From NCBI GenBank assembly GCA_040220855.1, contig JAVJVZ010000067.1:43756-107755 (forward strand): a stretch of DNA of 64,000 nucleotides, written 5' to 3'. The position numbers and the translations under genes are program-made. The notes beneath the pieces are model-generated. The model did not search any database. It worked only from the letters and a program-made list of their open reading frames with translations, and was not told where the DNA came from. Source of the DNA: Gammaproteobacteria bacterium (GTDB lineage: Bacteria; Pseudomonadota; Gammaproteobacteria; Ga0077536). Each line of letters begins with the position of its first letter. Position 1 is the first letter of the stretch. Below, one piece after another: positions 36,831 to 46,313 of the stretch.

Positions 36831-38302
36831 CAGTTTCTCCAGGCGCCGATGGACGCATAAGGCTCGGGAATGTCCCAGGCGAGGCGGCGGAAGTCGTCGA
36901 CGCCGAGGGCGGCGGCGATGACCACCGCGGCGCGCTGGTCGGCATCGAGCCGCGGCGTGCCGAGGGCATCGGCGTGTTCGGCGACGAAGCCCGTATGCAG
37001 CTCGCCGGCGCGGAACGCCGGGTGGTCGACCACGCGTGCGAGGTAGTCGATGTTGTGATCGACGCCGAGCAGGGTCAGCTCGCCGAGCGCAGTGACCGCG
37101 CGGTCGATGGCCTGCCGGCGGTCCTCGCCGCGGCACACCAGCTTGCCGATCATCGAGTCGAATGATGCCGTCACTGCCTGGCCCTCGCCCAGACCGCCGT
37201 CGAAACGGACGCCAGCGCCGTGCGGCAGGCGCAGCACGCGGGCGGTACCGGTGGCCGGCAGAAAGTCGCGCGCCGGGTCCTCGCAGCACACGCGGCACTC
37301 GATGGCATGCCCGGTCGTGGTGATCGCATCCTGCGTCCACGGCAGGCCTTCACCCGCAGCGATGCGCAGCTGCGCCTCGACGAGGTCGACACCGCAGATC
37401 ATCTCCGTCACCGGGTGCTCGACCTGCAGGCGCGTGTTCATCTCGAGGAAGTAGAACTCGCCGTCGGGCGCGAGGATGAACTCCACGGTGCCTGCATTGC
37501 GGTAATTGGCGCGCGTGGCCAGGGTGACGGCGGCGCTGCAGATGCGTGCGCGCAATTCCGCCGGCAGCGTCGCCGCCGGCGCTTCTTCGACGATCTTCTG
37601 GAAGCGGCGCTGCACCGAACACTCGCGCTCGAACAGGTGCACCACGTTGCCGCGCCCGTCGCCGAGCACCTGCACCTCGATGTGACGCGGGCGTTCGACG
37701 TAGCGCTCGGCATAGATGCGTCCGTCGGCGAAATAGCGCTCGGCCTCGCTCATCGCGGTGCGCGCACGAGCGGCAAGCTCGGCGGCGTCGTGCACGATGC
37801 TCATGCCCTTGCCGCCGCCGCCCGCGGCGGCCTTGATGAGCAGCGGCAGGCCGATCTCCCGGGCACTGGCGAGGAACTCCTCGAGCGTGCCTTCCATCAG
37901 CGCGCTCGGCGCCAGCGGCACGCCGGCCTCGGCGGCGAAGGCGCGCGCATGCACCTTGTCGCCCATCAGGCGGATGACGTCCGGCTGCGGCCCGACGAAG
38001 ACCAGGCCGGCGTCTTCGACGGCGGCGGCGAAGCCGGCGTTCTCGGCGAGGAAGCCGTAACCGGGATGCACCGCGGCGGCACCTGCGGACTGCGCGGCGG
38101 CGACCAGCTGCGGGATGTCGAGGTAGGCTGAGGTCGGCACCTCGCTGTCGAGTTCGATCGCCTGGTCGGCGAGCGAGACGTGCGGCGCGCCGCGGTCGGC
38201 ATGATGGTAGACGGCGATGGTGCGCAGGCCCATCGCACGCGCGGTACGCAGCACGCGGCAGGCGATCTCGCCACGGTTGGCTACGAGGAGGCTGTCGAGC
38301 AT
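36830..38302 (-). CDS. Biotin carboxylase subunit (ATP-grasp); lacks a fused BCCP domain
   Basis: The N-terminus reads MLDSLLVANRGEIACRVLRTARAMGLRTIAVY. Family motifs are present (KAAAGGGGKGM, EMNTRLQVEHPVTE). The protein is 490 aa and ends just after the BC domain. The track ORF begins at 38527. Confidence 0.9.
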   Translation of the reverse strand: MLDSLLVANRGEIACRVLRTARAMGLRTIAVYHHADRGAPHVSLADQAIELDSEVPTSAYLDIPQLVAAAQSAGAAAVHPGYGFLAENAGFAAAVEDAGLVFVGPQPDVIRLMGDKVHARAFAAEAGVPLAPSALMEGTLEEFLASAREIGLPLLIKAAAGGGGKGMSIVHDAAELAARARTAMSEAERYFADGRIYAERYVERPRHIEVQVLGDGRGNVVHLFERECSVQRRFQKIVEEAPAATLPAELRARICSAAVTLATRANYRNAGTVEFILAPDGEFYFLEMNTRLQVEHPVTEMICGVDLVEAQLRIAAGEGLPWTQDAITTTGHAIECRVCCEDPARDFLPATGTARVLRLPHGAGVRFDGGLGEGQAVTASFDSMIGKLVCRGEDRRQAIDRAVTALGELTLLGVDHNIDYLARVVDHPAFRAGELHTGFVAEHADALGTPRLDADQRAAVVIAAALGVDDFRRLAWDIPEPYASIGAWRN

Positions 38303-38366
38303 GGCATCGGGTACCTGGTCGGAACTTGGGGGGACGGACACGACATCGGGGGCGGTCGCATGCCGC

Positions 38367-40175
38367 TCAGGCCGGCGGCAGTATAGCGTTGCCGCCGAGC
38401 AGCCCGGGCGGCACGGTGATGGGCAGGTCGAGCAGCATCTGGGCGTAGGCCTTGCCTTGCGGATCGTGGCGCAACGAGGCCGTGCCGCCGCCGCCGAGCG
38501 CTCGCTCGAGCACGAAGTTGAAGCCATCCAGACCGGGCCAGTCGTAGCGTGTCACCGGGCCCTCGGCGAGATGTGCGAACCAGGTCGCGACGGTGTCGGC
38601 GGTGAGCTGGGTACGCAGGAACGGCAGGTAGCGCGGGTCGCGCGCGAGCACGCCGATATTGGCGCTGTCGCCCTTGTCACCTGAGCGCGCGCGGGCGAGG
38701 CGCGCGAGCGGTACGGTCACCGCCTCGCCGGCAGCCAGGGGCGCCGGCGCGGCAGATGGCGCAGTCGAGGGTGACGCCGTGACCGGTCCGAACGCGGTTG
38801 CGATGGCGACCGGCGTGCTGCCTTCCGCGCTCTCGAGCGTGACCGAGACGCGGGATTTCGGCACCAGGCACGAGAACAGGCGTACCACCGGCTGCACCTG
38901 GGGGCGCCCCCCCGCGAAACCGGTCAAGCCCTGCGCCATGGCGGTGGCGGCGGGGAAGATCTCGCGACTGAAGATGTCGAGTGCAGCGCGCTCGGGGTGG
39001 CGCACGGCGAGCTTCAGAATGACTTCACGCGTCATCCGTGCGCGGGCATGCGGCCCGTAGGTGCTCTCGGCGCCGAGCACCTCGACCGATACCTCGGTGT
39101 AGTCGCCGTGACCGGCGGCCGCGATCAGGCGCCGCGTGCGCGCGAGCAGCGCGGCGGCCACGCGCTCCGCCTTGGGTGCCGCCTCGCGGCCTCCGATCAT
39201 GACCATCGCGGTGGCACGGTAGCCGTCGGCGAAGGTCGCCGAGACCTTGTACTCCGGACCGGGCGGGAGTCCGCGTGCGCCGCTGACGCGCACGCGGTCG
39301 GCGCCGTCGGCGGCGAGCCGCACCTGCGCGAAATCGCAGGTGACGTCGGGGAGCAGGTAGCGCGCGGGGTCGCCGATTTCGTAGACCACCTGCTCGGCTA
39401 CGGTGGCCGCGGTGACCAGGCCACCGGTGCCGGGCGGCTTGGTCACGACGAAGCTGCCGTCGGCATGGCACTCGGCGATGGGGAAACCCATGTCGTCCCA
39501 GCCGGGGACTTCGTCCCAGTCCGTGTAGAGACCGCCGGTGCATTGCGTACCACACTCGATGACGTGGCCGGCGAGCGAGCCGGCGGCAAGGCGGTCGTAG
39601 TCGTCCTCGGCCCAGCCGAATTCGTGCATGAGCGGGCCGAGCACGAGCGCGCTGTCCACGCAGCGGCCGGTGATGACGACGTCGGCGCCGGCGGCGAGCG
39701 CGGCCGCGATCGGCGTTGCGCCGAGGTACGCGTTGATGCTGGTCAGCCGTGGCGGCAGCGTGGCGCCGCTGGTCATCTCGCGCACGCCCGCGGCGCGCAG
39801 CGCGCCGGCCTGTGCGCCGAGGTCGTCGCCGCATACCGCGACGACGTTCAGCGCGATGCCGAGCTCATCGGCCAGCGCGCGCAGCCGCGTGGCGAGGGCA
39901 GCCGGGTTGATGCCGCCTGCGTTGGTCACCACGCGGATGCCAGTGCCCGCAATGGCGCCGGCGAGCGGTCGCATCACGGCGTCGACGAAATCGGTCGCAT
40001 AACCCGCGCTGGCGTCGCGCGCGCGCATGCGCGCCAGGATCGACATCGTGATCTCGGCAAGATAGTCGAATACGAGGTAATCGATCCAGCCATGTTCGAC
40101 GAGTTGGCGTGCACCCTCGGCGGAATCGCCCCAGAAGGCGCCGCCGCAGCCGATACGCACGATGCCTGGTGCCAT
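38367..40175 (-). CDS. atuA: Acyclic terpene utilisation AtuA-family protein (DUF1446 fused to a DUF4387-like C-terminus)
   Basis: The N-terminus MAPGIVRIGCGGAFWGDSAEGARQLVEHGWIDYLVFDYLAEITMSILA matches the DUF1446/AtuA N-terminus. The 602-aa size resembles fused AtuA proteins. Confidence 0.8.
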   Translation of the reverse strand: MAPGIVRIGCGGAFWGDSAEGARQLVEHGWIDYLVFDYLAEITMSILARMRARDASAGYATDFVDAVMRPLAGAIAGTGIRVVTNAGGINPAALATRLRALADELGIALNVVAVCGDDLGAQAGALRAAGVREMTSGATLPPRLTSINAYLGATPIAAALAAGADVVITGRCVDSALVLGPLMHEFGWAEDDYDRLAAGSLAGHVIECGTQCTGGLYTDWDEVPGWDDMGFPIAECHADGSFVVTKPPGTGGLVTAATVAEQVVYEIGDPARYLLPDVTCDFAQVRLAADGADRVRVSGARGLPPGPEYKVSATFADGYRATAMVMIGGREAAPKAERVAAALLARTRRLIAAAGHGDYTEVSVEVLGAESTYGPHARARMTREVILKLAVRHPERAALDIFSREIFPAATAMAQGLTGFAGGRPQVQPVVRLFSCLVPKSRVSVTLESAEGSTPVAIATAFGPVTASPSTAPSAAPAPLAAGEAVTVPLARLARARSGDKGDSANIGVLARDPRYLPFLRTQLTADTVATWFAHLAEGPVTRYDWPGLDGFNFVLERALGGGGTASLRHDPQGKAYAQMLLDLPITVPPGLLGGNAILPPA

Positions 40176-40176
40176 C

Positions 40177-40959
40177 TCAGCGTCCGCGCCAGACCGGGTC
40201 GCGCTTCTCGTTGAAGGCGGCGAAGCCCTCGCGGGCGTCCTCGGTCATGGCCATGATCGGCAGCATGAGCTGGGTGTACTCGAAGGCCTTGTCGAGCGGC
40301 ATGTCCTCGATCGCACGAAAGGCCTGCTTGCCGAGGCCGATGCCGGTCGGTGACTTGTCGACGATCCGCGCGACCAGCCAGTCGACGCGCTCGTCGAGCT
40401 CGGCGGCCGGTACGACGTAGTTGAGAATGCCGAGCGCACAGGCCTCGGCAGCGCTGAAAGGCTCGCCGGTGATGGTCATCTCGAACAGCTTGCGACGCGG
40501 CACGATGCGCATCATGTAGGACAGGATCATCATCGGGAACAGGCCGACGCGGGTCTCCGGCACGCCAAGACTGGCCGACTCGACGCCAATCGCCATGTCA
40601 CAGGCGCATACCAGGCCCAGCCCGCCGGCCAGCGCGTGTCCATTGACGCGCGCGACGATCGGCTTGCTGCACGCCTCCATGCGGCGGAACAGGTCGATGA
40701 CGTAGTGCCGTGGACGCGCCGGATCGATGGTGAAGGGCGTGCCATCGGCGCCCGGCTTGAGGTCGCCGCCGGCGCAGAAGGCGCGATCGCCGGCGCCGGT
40801 GATGATCACGGCGCGTATCGCCGCGTCGGCCTCCGCGGCGTCGATACCGCTCGCCAGCGCGCGGCAGACCTCCTCGTTCAACGCGTTGCGACGCTCCGGA
40901 CGGTTGATGGTCAGGCGCATCACCGCACCCTCGCGTGCGCTCAGCACGACCTCGCTCAT
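40177..40959 (-). CDS. Enoyl-CoA hydratase / isomerase (crotonase) family protein
   Basis: The sequence reads MSEVVLSAREGAVMRLTINRPERRNALN...ITGAGDRAFCAGGDL...VNGHALAGGLGL. The ATG at 40959 follows GAGGGGGAG, and the stop lies 1 nt from the atuA start. Confidence 0.9.
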   Translation of the reverse strand: MSEVVLSAREGAVMRLTINRPERRNALNEEVCRALASGIDAAEADAAIRAVIITGAGDRAFCAGGDLKPGADGTPFTIDPARPRHYVIDLFRRMEACSKPIVARVNGHALAGGLGLVCACDMAIGVESASLGVPETRVGLFPMMILSYMMRIVPRRKLFEMTITGEPFSAAEACALGILNYVVPAAELDERVDWLVARIVDKSPTGIGLGKQAFRAIEDMPLDKAFEYTQLMLPIMAMTEDAREGFAAFNEKRDPVWRGR

Positions 40960-41080
40960 GGCTGGCTCCCCCTCGAATCGTGGTGCGCCGCGCATGCACC
41001 CGGCAGGCGCTGCGGCTGGCGCTTCGCCGGCAGTGTACTAAAGTTGGTGAAAGGGCCGCGCGAGGGCGAGGAGGGGGAAC

Positions 41081-41518
41081 ATGCAGACCATTCGTCAACT
41101 GCTCGATACCAAGGGCCACCAGGTGTGGTCGGTGAATGCCGAGACCACCGTCTACGACGCGCTGCGCCTGATGGCGGAGAAGGGCATCGGGGCGCTGCTC
41201 GTGCTGCAGGGCGGTACCACGGTGGGCATCGTCAGCGAACGCGATTACGCACGCAAGGTGGTACTCGAGGGGCGCTCGTCGCTGACCACGCCGGTCGCCG
41301 ACATCATGTCGCGCGCGGTGCTGCACGCGCTGCCCGAGCAGTCCGTCGAGGACGCCATGGCGTTGATGACCGACAAGCGCATCCGCCACCTGCCGGTGCT
41401 CGACCATGGCCGCCTGATCGGGATCATCTCGATAGGTGACCTCGTCAAGGCAATCATTGCCGAGCAGGAGTTCGTCATCGGCCAGCTCGAGAACTACATC
41501 GCCGGCGCGATCGCCTGA
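41081..41518 (+). CDS. CBS-pair domain protein
   Basis: This 145-aa protein has two CBS motifs (GIGALLVLQGGTTVGIVSERD, RIRHLPVLDHGRLIGIISIGD). Confidence 0.85.
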   Translation: MQTIRQLLDTKGHQVWSVNAETTVYDALRLMAEKGIGALLVLQGGTTVGIVSERDYARKVVLEGRSSLTTPVADIMSRAVLHALPEQSVEDAMALMTDKRIRHLPVLDHGRLIGIISIGDLVKAIIAEQEFVIGQLENYIAGAIA

Positions 41519-41558
41519 GGCGCATGCGACCGTGACGCGGTGCGCGTCGCGGGGCGGT

Positions 41559-43100
41559 TCAGCGACTGCGTGCGCCGTCCGGCGCTGCCGCCTCGATGCG
41601 GTTGCGCCCGGCCGACTTGGCCGTGTAGAGCGCAGCGTCGGCGCGCGCGAAGACCTCCTGCGGGGTTTCCCCGGGGCGGTACTCCGTCAGCCCGCACGAG
41701 ACGGTGACGTCGACCGGGGCATCGCGGTACTTGAAGCGGCAGCGCGCGATATTCTCGCGCAGCTTGTCGACCACCACCCGGGCGCCGGCGAGAGTGGTCT
41801 CGGGTAGCAGCAGCACGAACTCCTCGCCGCCGAAGCGGGCGAGGAAATCGGTCGCGCGTATCTGGGTGCCGAGTTCGCGTGCGAGGTGGCGCAGCACGCG
41901 GTCGCCGGCCTGGTGGCCCCAGGTGTCATTGATGGTCTTGAAGTGATCGAGATCGAGCACGGCGAGCGAGAGCGGCTTACCGGTGCGTTGCATGCGCGCG
42001 CGCTCGACTTCCACCCGTTCGTTGTAGGCCAGGCGGTTCGGCAGGCCGGTGAGCACGTCGCGACTGGCGCGCGCCTGCGCCTCGGCGAGCTTCTCACGCA
42101 AGGTCTCGGATTCGCGCTTCATCGCGACCACCTGGTCGGCGAGGCGTCGCAGGGCCTGCTCGGTATCGGCGGCGCGCCGGCTCTCGAGATCGAGGTAGCC
42201 GGCGACGCTGCCACCGAGATGCGCAATCTGCTGCTGGATGGCGGCCTTGAGCGCTTCGAGGTCACTCGAGTGCTGCACCTTGCCGCGCATGTCGTCGAGA
42301 CTGCGACGCACGGTGTTGTCGAGCTGCTCGCGGGCGGCGGCGGCGCGCTTGCGATCGCGGCTTTCCTCGACCACGTGGCCGGATACCGTGTCGAGACGCC
42401 CCTTGATCGCAACCAGGAAGCCATTGAGACCGCTGAGCTCGGCCTGCAATGAACCGACCACGTCGCCAACGAACCCGGCCAGCTCACGTGCCAGGGCACG
42501 CAGCGCGCCATCATCGCGTGCATCCTGCAAGCGCGGCGTGAGCTCCGCGAGGCGTGCCTGCAGGTCGTGCGGCAGTGACAGGTGGTCGACGAGGGTCTGC
42601 AGCGTCTCGCGCGCCGCGCGCGCATCGTCGGCGTCCGGCGTAGCGCCGAGCAGGCTTTCGAGGCGTTCACCGATGGTCCGGACGAGGACGATCTGTCGAT
42701 CGCGCGCGGCGCCCGCGCGCACTTCGGCGACCAGGTCGGCAATCGCGTCGGCGTAGCGGCGCCCGCTGACCAGCGCGTCGACCAGCGGTCCGATGGCGTC
42801 GTCGTCACCTGGCCGGACCGGGTCGGCACCTTCGTCGGCGAGGCGCTCGAAGCTCGCGAGGAGCTTGCGCAGCTGCTTCTCGAGTTCGGGATCGCTGGCG
42901 GCGAGCGCGCCGCGTGCTTGCGCCAGTGCGGCATCGAATTGCGGCTCGCGGCCGGCGAAGCGCTCCAGCACGGCGAGCAGATCGCGGCCATGGCGCCGCG
43001 TCTGCGACGTGCACGCCTGCGCCTGCGCGTCGAGCTCGTTGAGCGCTTTGAAATACTTGTCCTTCCAGTCTTCGGAAAGACCTGCCGCCGATGTCGCCAT
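41559..43100 (-). CDS. Diguanylate cyclase with a long coiled-coil N-terminal region (GGDEF, intact A-site and I-site)
   Basis: The C-terminus carries LTGLPNRLAY...DLDHFKTINDTWGHQAGD...RATDFLARFGGEEFVLLL, with RxxD five residues before GGEEF. The N-terminal roughly 340 aa are helical and heptad-like with no TM segment. The 862-aa track ORF is an artefactual extension. Confidence 0.85.
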   Translation of the reverse strand: MATSAAGLSEDWKDKYFKALNELDAQAQACTSQTRRHGRDLLAVLERFAGREPQFDAALAQARGALAASDPELEKQLRKLLASFERLADEGADPVRPGDDDAIGPLVDALVSGRRYADAIADLVAEVRAGAARDRQIVLVRTIGERLESLLGATPDADDARAARETLQTLVDHLSLPHDLQARLAELTPRLQDARDDGALRALARELAGFVGDVVGSLQAELSGLNGFLVAIKGRLDTVSGHVVEESRDRKRAAAAREQLDNTVRRSLDDMRGKVQHSSDLEALKAAIQQQIAHLGGSVAGYLDLESRRAADTEQALRRLADQVVAMKRESETLREKLAEAQARASRDVLTGLPNRLAYNERVEVERARMQRTGKPLSLAVLDLDHFKTINDTWGHQAGDRVLRHLARELGTQIRATDFLARFGGEEFVLLLPETTLAGARVVVDKLRENIARCRFKYRDAPVDVTVSCGLTEYRPGETPQEVFARADAALYTAKSAGRNRIEAAAPDGARSR

Positions 43101-43297
43101 AATGAGCCGGATAGCGGCGCCGTGCCGGCGCGGCTTTAGGCTGGGGGTGACCGTGAAACGCCCTCGAGACGCGTGCCGCGGCCCGCCGACCGCAAGGCGC
43201 CCGCGAGGCGAGCAGCGCAGTTTACTGATGTAAATGAGCAGCGCAGCCGAGCGGGCAACGCCGCAGACGGCATCCGCAGTAGCTTCTCTGCAGCCTG

Positions 43298-45436
43298 TCA
43301 GGTGGTGAGGCGGCGGTAGATATCCGCCACCTTGTACGGCAGCTTCTCCACCTCGTCGATGACCGCGAAGTTGGCAGGGCCGTACATGTGCGGCAGGTAC
43401 TCCTGCGCTTCGTTGTCGATGGTCACGCAGAAGGCGTGCACGCCGCCCTGCTTGAGTTCGAGCAGGGCGTGGCGCGTGTCTTCGATGCCGTACTTGCCCT
43501 TGTAGCCGCCGTAGTCTTCGGGGCGGCCGTCGGACAAGGTGATGAGCAGCTTGGTGCGCGCCTGGGTGCGTTGCAGGAGTTGTCCCAGGTGGCGGATGGC
43601 AACGCCCATGCGGGTGTATGCCTTGGGCCGGATGCCGCTGATGCGCTGGCGTACCGCGCTGGTATAGGACTCGTCGAAGTCCTTGATGCGGTAGACCTCG
43701 CAGCGCTTGTTGGTGCGTCCTGAGAAGCCGAAGATCGCGTAGCGGTCGCCGAGCATCTCGAGGGCTTCGCACAACAGCACCAACGCTTCGCGTTCCGCAT
43801 CGTTGACCCAGCCGAGCGTGGACCCGCTCATGTCGACCATGAACATGACCGCGATATTGCGTTCCTGGTTGCGATAGCGGGTATAGAGGTATTCGCTCAT
43901 CTCGCGACCGCGCGCGACATCGGCGAAGGCCTCGACCAGGGCATCGATGTCGATGTCGTCGCCGTCCGCCTGGCGGCGCTGCAGGCGTGACTCGCCGAGT
44001 ACCGCCTCGAACGAGCGCTTGATCGATTTCAGCAGGCCGCGATGCTTCTCCAGCGTCGCCGTCACGAAGCCTTCGTCGCCGGGCGGCACCGACAGCTCGC
44101 GCAGGGTGCAGAAGCCTTCGCGGAAACGCTGGCGCACGCAGTCCCACTCGCGGTAGGTGAACGTGCCGGTGCCGTTCAGGTCCGGGTCGTCGTCACCATC
44201 GACGTCGCCGCGCTGCGGCAGCAGGTCGTCGCTGTATTCGCCGCGCTCGAGCGGCTCGAGGTGGTCGTCAGGGATTTCGCCGAAGTCCTGCATGATCGAG
44301 CCGAGCAGGTCCTTCATGTTCTCGGGCACCGGCGTCACCTCGCCGTCGATGGTGACCTGGAAGTTGACGTCGGCACCGCCGCTGCCGTCCTCGTCCTGGG
44401 TCTGCACCTCGACCAGCTGTTTCTGCGCGTCGTCGCCGCCGGCTTCGCCATGTTCGTTCTGCTCGCGCAGCTCCTGCATGGCGCGCTGCAGGGCGCTCTT
44501 CTCGCGCTCGATGCGCGCGAACAGGGCCTGGCGAACGCGTCCGGCGAACATGTCGCCCTCGTAGGGCCGCAGCGGCGGCAGCGGCAGCTCGAGAAAGGCA
44601 TCGACGAGATCGAGCGAATCGAGCGCGCTCGCCTGCGCCGCGGTCAGCGTCGCCGCGCGTTGCCGCCAGTCGTCCCACAGCGCATCGCCGGCGGCGTCGA
44701 CGTGACCATAGACATTGAATTCGCGCGCGAGCCCGGGGAAGTCGCGTGCGATGCACGCTTCGAGACGGATGCACTCGAGGCGGTTGAACACCGCGACCGG
44801 GCCGTCCGCGTCGAATTCGCGCAGCAGGCGTTCGACCACCTGGTAACGCCAGGTGCCGTACCAGGTCTGTGCCCACAGGTGTACGGCCGTCAGCTTGTAG
44901 AGCGTGAAATTCTGCTCGGGCTCGGGGAACAGGTTCACCGCGTCCGGCAGGTAGAGCGACTCGGTATCGGTGAAGGTCGACTGGTCGACGGCTACGCGCA
45001 GCTCGCGGCCGCCGAGCCCGCGCACGAAGTGGCGGAGGAAAGCCGAGGCATCGTCGAAGCCGCAGCGCACGTGGCGGCTCGCGTAAGCGCGGGCGAACGT
45101 GTCGACATCCTCGAGCACCTCGATGGCGAAGCCGAGACCGCGATTGTCGAAGGTCTCCATGGCGCGGTCGACCCAGTCCTCGACGCCGGTGCGTTCCATC
45201 CTGTCGAAGGCCGTCGCCACGCGACTGACGAAGTGCGCGGCAAGTTCATGGTTGGCGCGCGCGATGAGCTCGGCCCAGGCATAGACGAAATCCTGGTCAC
45301 GGCGTTCGAGCGCGGCGATGCGCGTGACGATGTCCTCGACGTTGCCGTGCCGCGCGAGTGCCCCGGCGGTGAATTTCTCGAGGTCTTTCTGGATGCGCAG
45401 GCGGTTGAGAAAATTCTGGCGCGTTTCGTCGCTCAT
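43298..45436 (-). CDS. VWA-domain protein of the CbbO/NorD family
   Basis: This 712-aa protein has a C-terminal von Willebrand A domain with the MIDAS motif VMFMVDMSGST, followed by ITLSDGRPED. It lies immediately downstream of a CbbQ/NorQ ATPase gene. Confidence 0.8.
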   Translation of the reverse strand: MSDETRQNFLNRLRIQKDLEKFTAGALARHGNVEDIVTRIAALERRDQDFVYAWAELIARANHELAAHFVSRVATAFDRMERTGVEDWVDRAMETFDNRGLGFAIEVLEDVDTFARAYASRHVRCGFDDASAFLRHFVRGLGGRELRVAVDQSTFTDTESLYLPDAVNLFPEPEQNFTLYKLTAVHLWAQTWYGTWRYQVVERLLREFDADGPVAVFNRLECIRLEACIARDFPGLAREFNVYGHVDAAGDALWDDWRQRAATLTAAQASALDSLDLVDAFLELPLPPLRPYEGDMFAGRVRQALFARIEREKSALQRAMQELREQNEHGEAGGDDAQKQLVEVQTQDEDGSGGADVNFQVTIDGEVTPVPENMKDLLGSIMQDFGEIPDDHLEPLERGEYSDDLLPQRGDVDGDDDPDLNGTGTFTYREWDCVRQRFREGFCTLRELSVPPGDEGFVTATLEKHRGLLKSIKRSFEAVLGESRLQRRQADGDDIDIDALVEAFADVARGREMSEYLYTRYRNQERNIAVMFMVDMSGSTLGWVNDAEREALVLLCEALEMLGDRYAIFGFSGRTNKRCEVYRIKDFDESYTSAVRQRISGIRPKAYTRMGVAIRHLGQLLQRTQARTKLLITLSDGRPEDYGGYKGKYGIEDTRHALLELKQGGVHAFCVTIDNEAQEYLPHMYGPANFAVIDEVEKLPYKVADIYRRLTT

Positions 45437-45500
45437 GGCTCTCCGCGGACGGGCTGCGGCGCGGCGCTGGCGCCGCGCGCGGTGGGGGCGGGCGTGGCGC

Positions 45501-46313
45501 TCAGAAGATTGACCGGCTGAGCTCGTGGACGGCCTGCAGCATGTCCTCGTCGTCGGTCAGCGCCTGCGCGACGGCGGTGTCGGTGGCGATGACCGGCGAG
45601 ATGCCCTCGTGCATCAGCTTGGCGGCGTTGACCAGCAGGCGGGTGCTTGCACCCTCGTCGAGGCCGCTGCCCTTGAGGTTGCGCGTCATGTGGCCGAACT
45701 TGATCAGCTGGCGTGCGCTGGCGGCATCCACGCCGCTCTCTTTCTCGATGATGGTCTGCTCGACCTCGGCCTTCGGATAGCCGAACTCGAGCGCGACGAA
45801 GCGCTGGCGCGTGCTCTGCTTGAGATCCTTGAGCACGCTCTGGTAGCCGGGGTTATAGGAAATGACGAGACAGAATTCCGGCGGGGCGGCGAGTACCTCG
45901 CCGAGTTTCTCGATCGGCAACAGGCGGCGGTCGTCGCACAGCGGGTGGATCACCACCGACGTGTCCTTGCGCGCCTCGACGACCTCGTCGAGGTAGCAGA
46001 TGCTGCCGTTGCGCACGGCACTGGTCAGCGGGCCGTCGACCCACACCGTCTCGCCGCCACGCACGAGGTATCGACCGATGAGGTCGGAGGCGGTGAGATC
46101 ATCGTGGCAGGCCACCGTCACCATCGGCCGCGCCAGGCGCCAGGCCATGTACTCGACGAAGCGCGTCTTGCCGCAGCCGGTCGGCCCCTTCAGCAGCACC
46201 GGCAGCTTGTTGCGGTAGGCGGCGGTGAAGACGTCGATTTCGTCGGCGACGGGTTCGTAGTACGGCTCGTCGGTGATGGTGCTCTGCGCGGTATGGATTG
46301 CGGGTGTGGACAT
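45501..46313 (-). CDS. MoxR-class AAA+ ATPase of the CbbQ/NirQ/NorQ/GpvN family
   Basis: The sequence begins [29 protein letters not shown]. Walker A is [11 protein letters not shown] and Walker B is [13 protein letters not shown]. The 270-aa size is typical of CbbQ. The track ORF begins at 46592. Confidence 0.85.
   Translation of the reverse strand: MSTPAIHTAQSTITDEPYYEPVADEIDVFTAAYRNKLPVLLKGPTGCGKTRFVEYMAWRLARPMVTVACHDDLTASDLIGRYLVRGGETVWVDGPLTSAVRNGSICYLDEVVEARKDTSVVIHPLCDDRRLLPIEKLGEVLAAPPEFCLVISYNPGYQSVLKDLKQSTRQRFVALEFGYPKAEVEQTIIEKESGVDAASARQLIKFGHMTRNLKGSGLDEGASTRLLVNAAKLMHEGISPVIATDTAVAQALTDDEDMLQAVHELSRSIF

Noticed and set aside
36831-37340. The 5' extension of the BCCP ORF (track ORF 36333..37340).
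   Set aside because: It overlaps the biotin carboxylase gene out of frame and is Arg/Pro-rich nonsense. The real start is the ATG at 36830, which has its own ribosome-binding site.
44866-44890. A 10-11 nt match (ACACCTGTGGG on the minus strand) to the core of the 22-bp repeat, inside the VWA gene.
   Set aside because: It is only a partial match, it lies within a coding sequence, and it lacks both the GGGTCAGAC half and the DnaA-box end. It is most likely chance.
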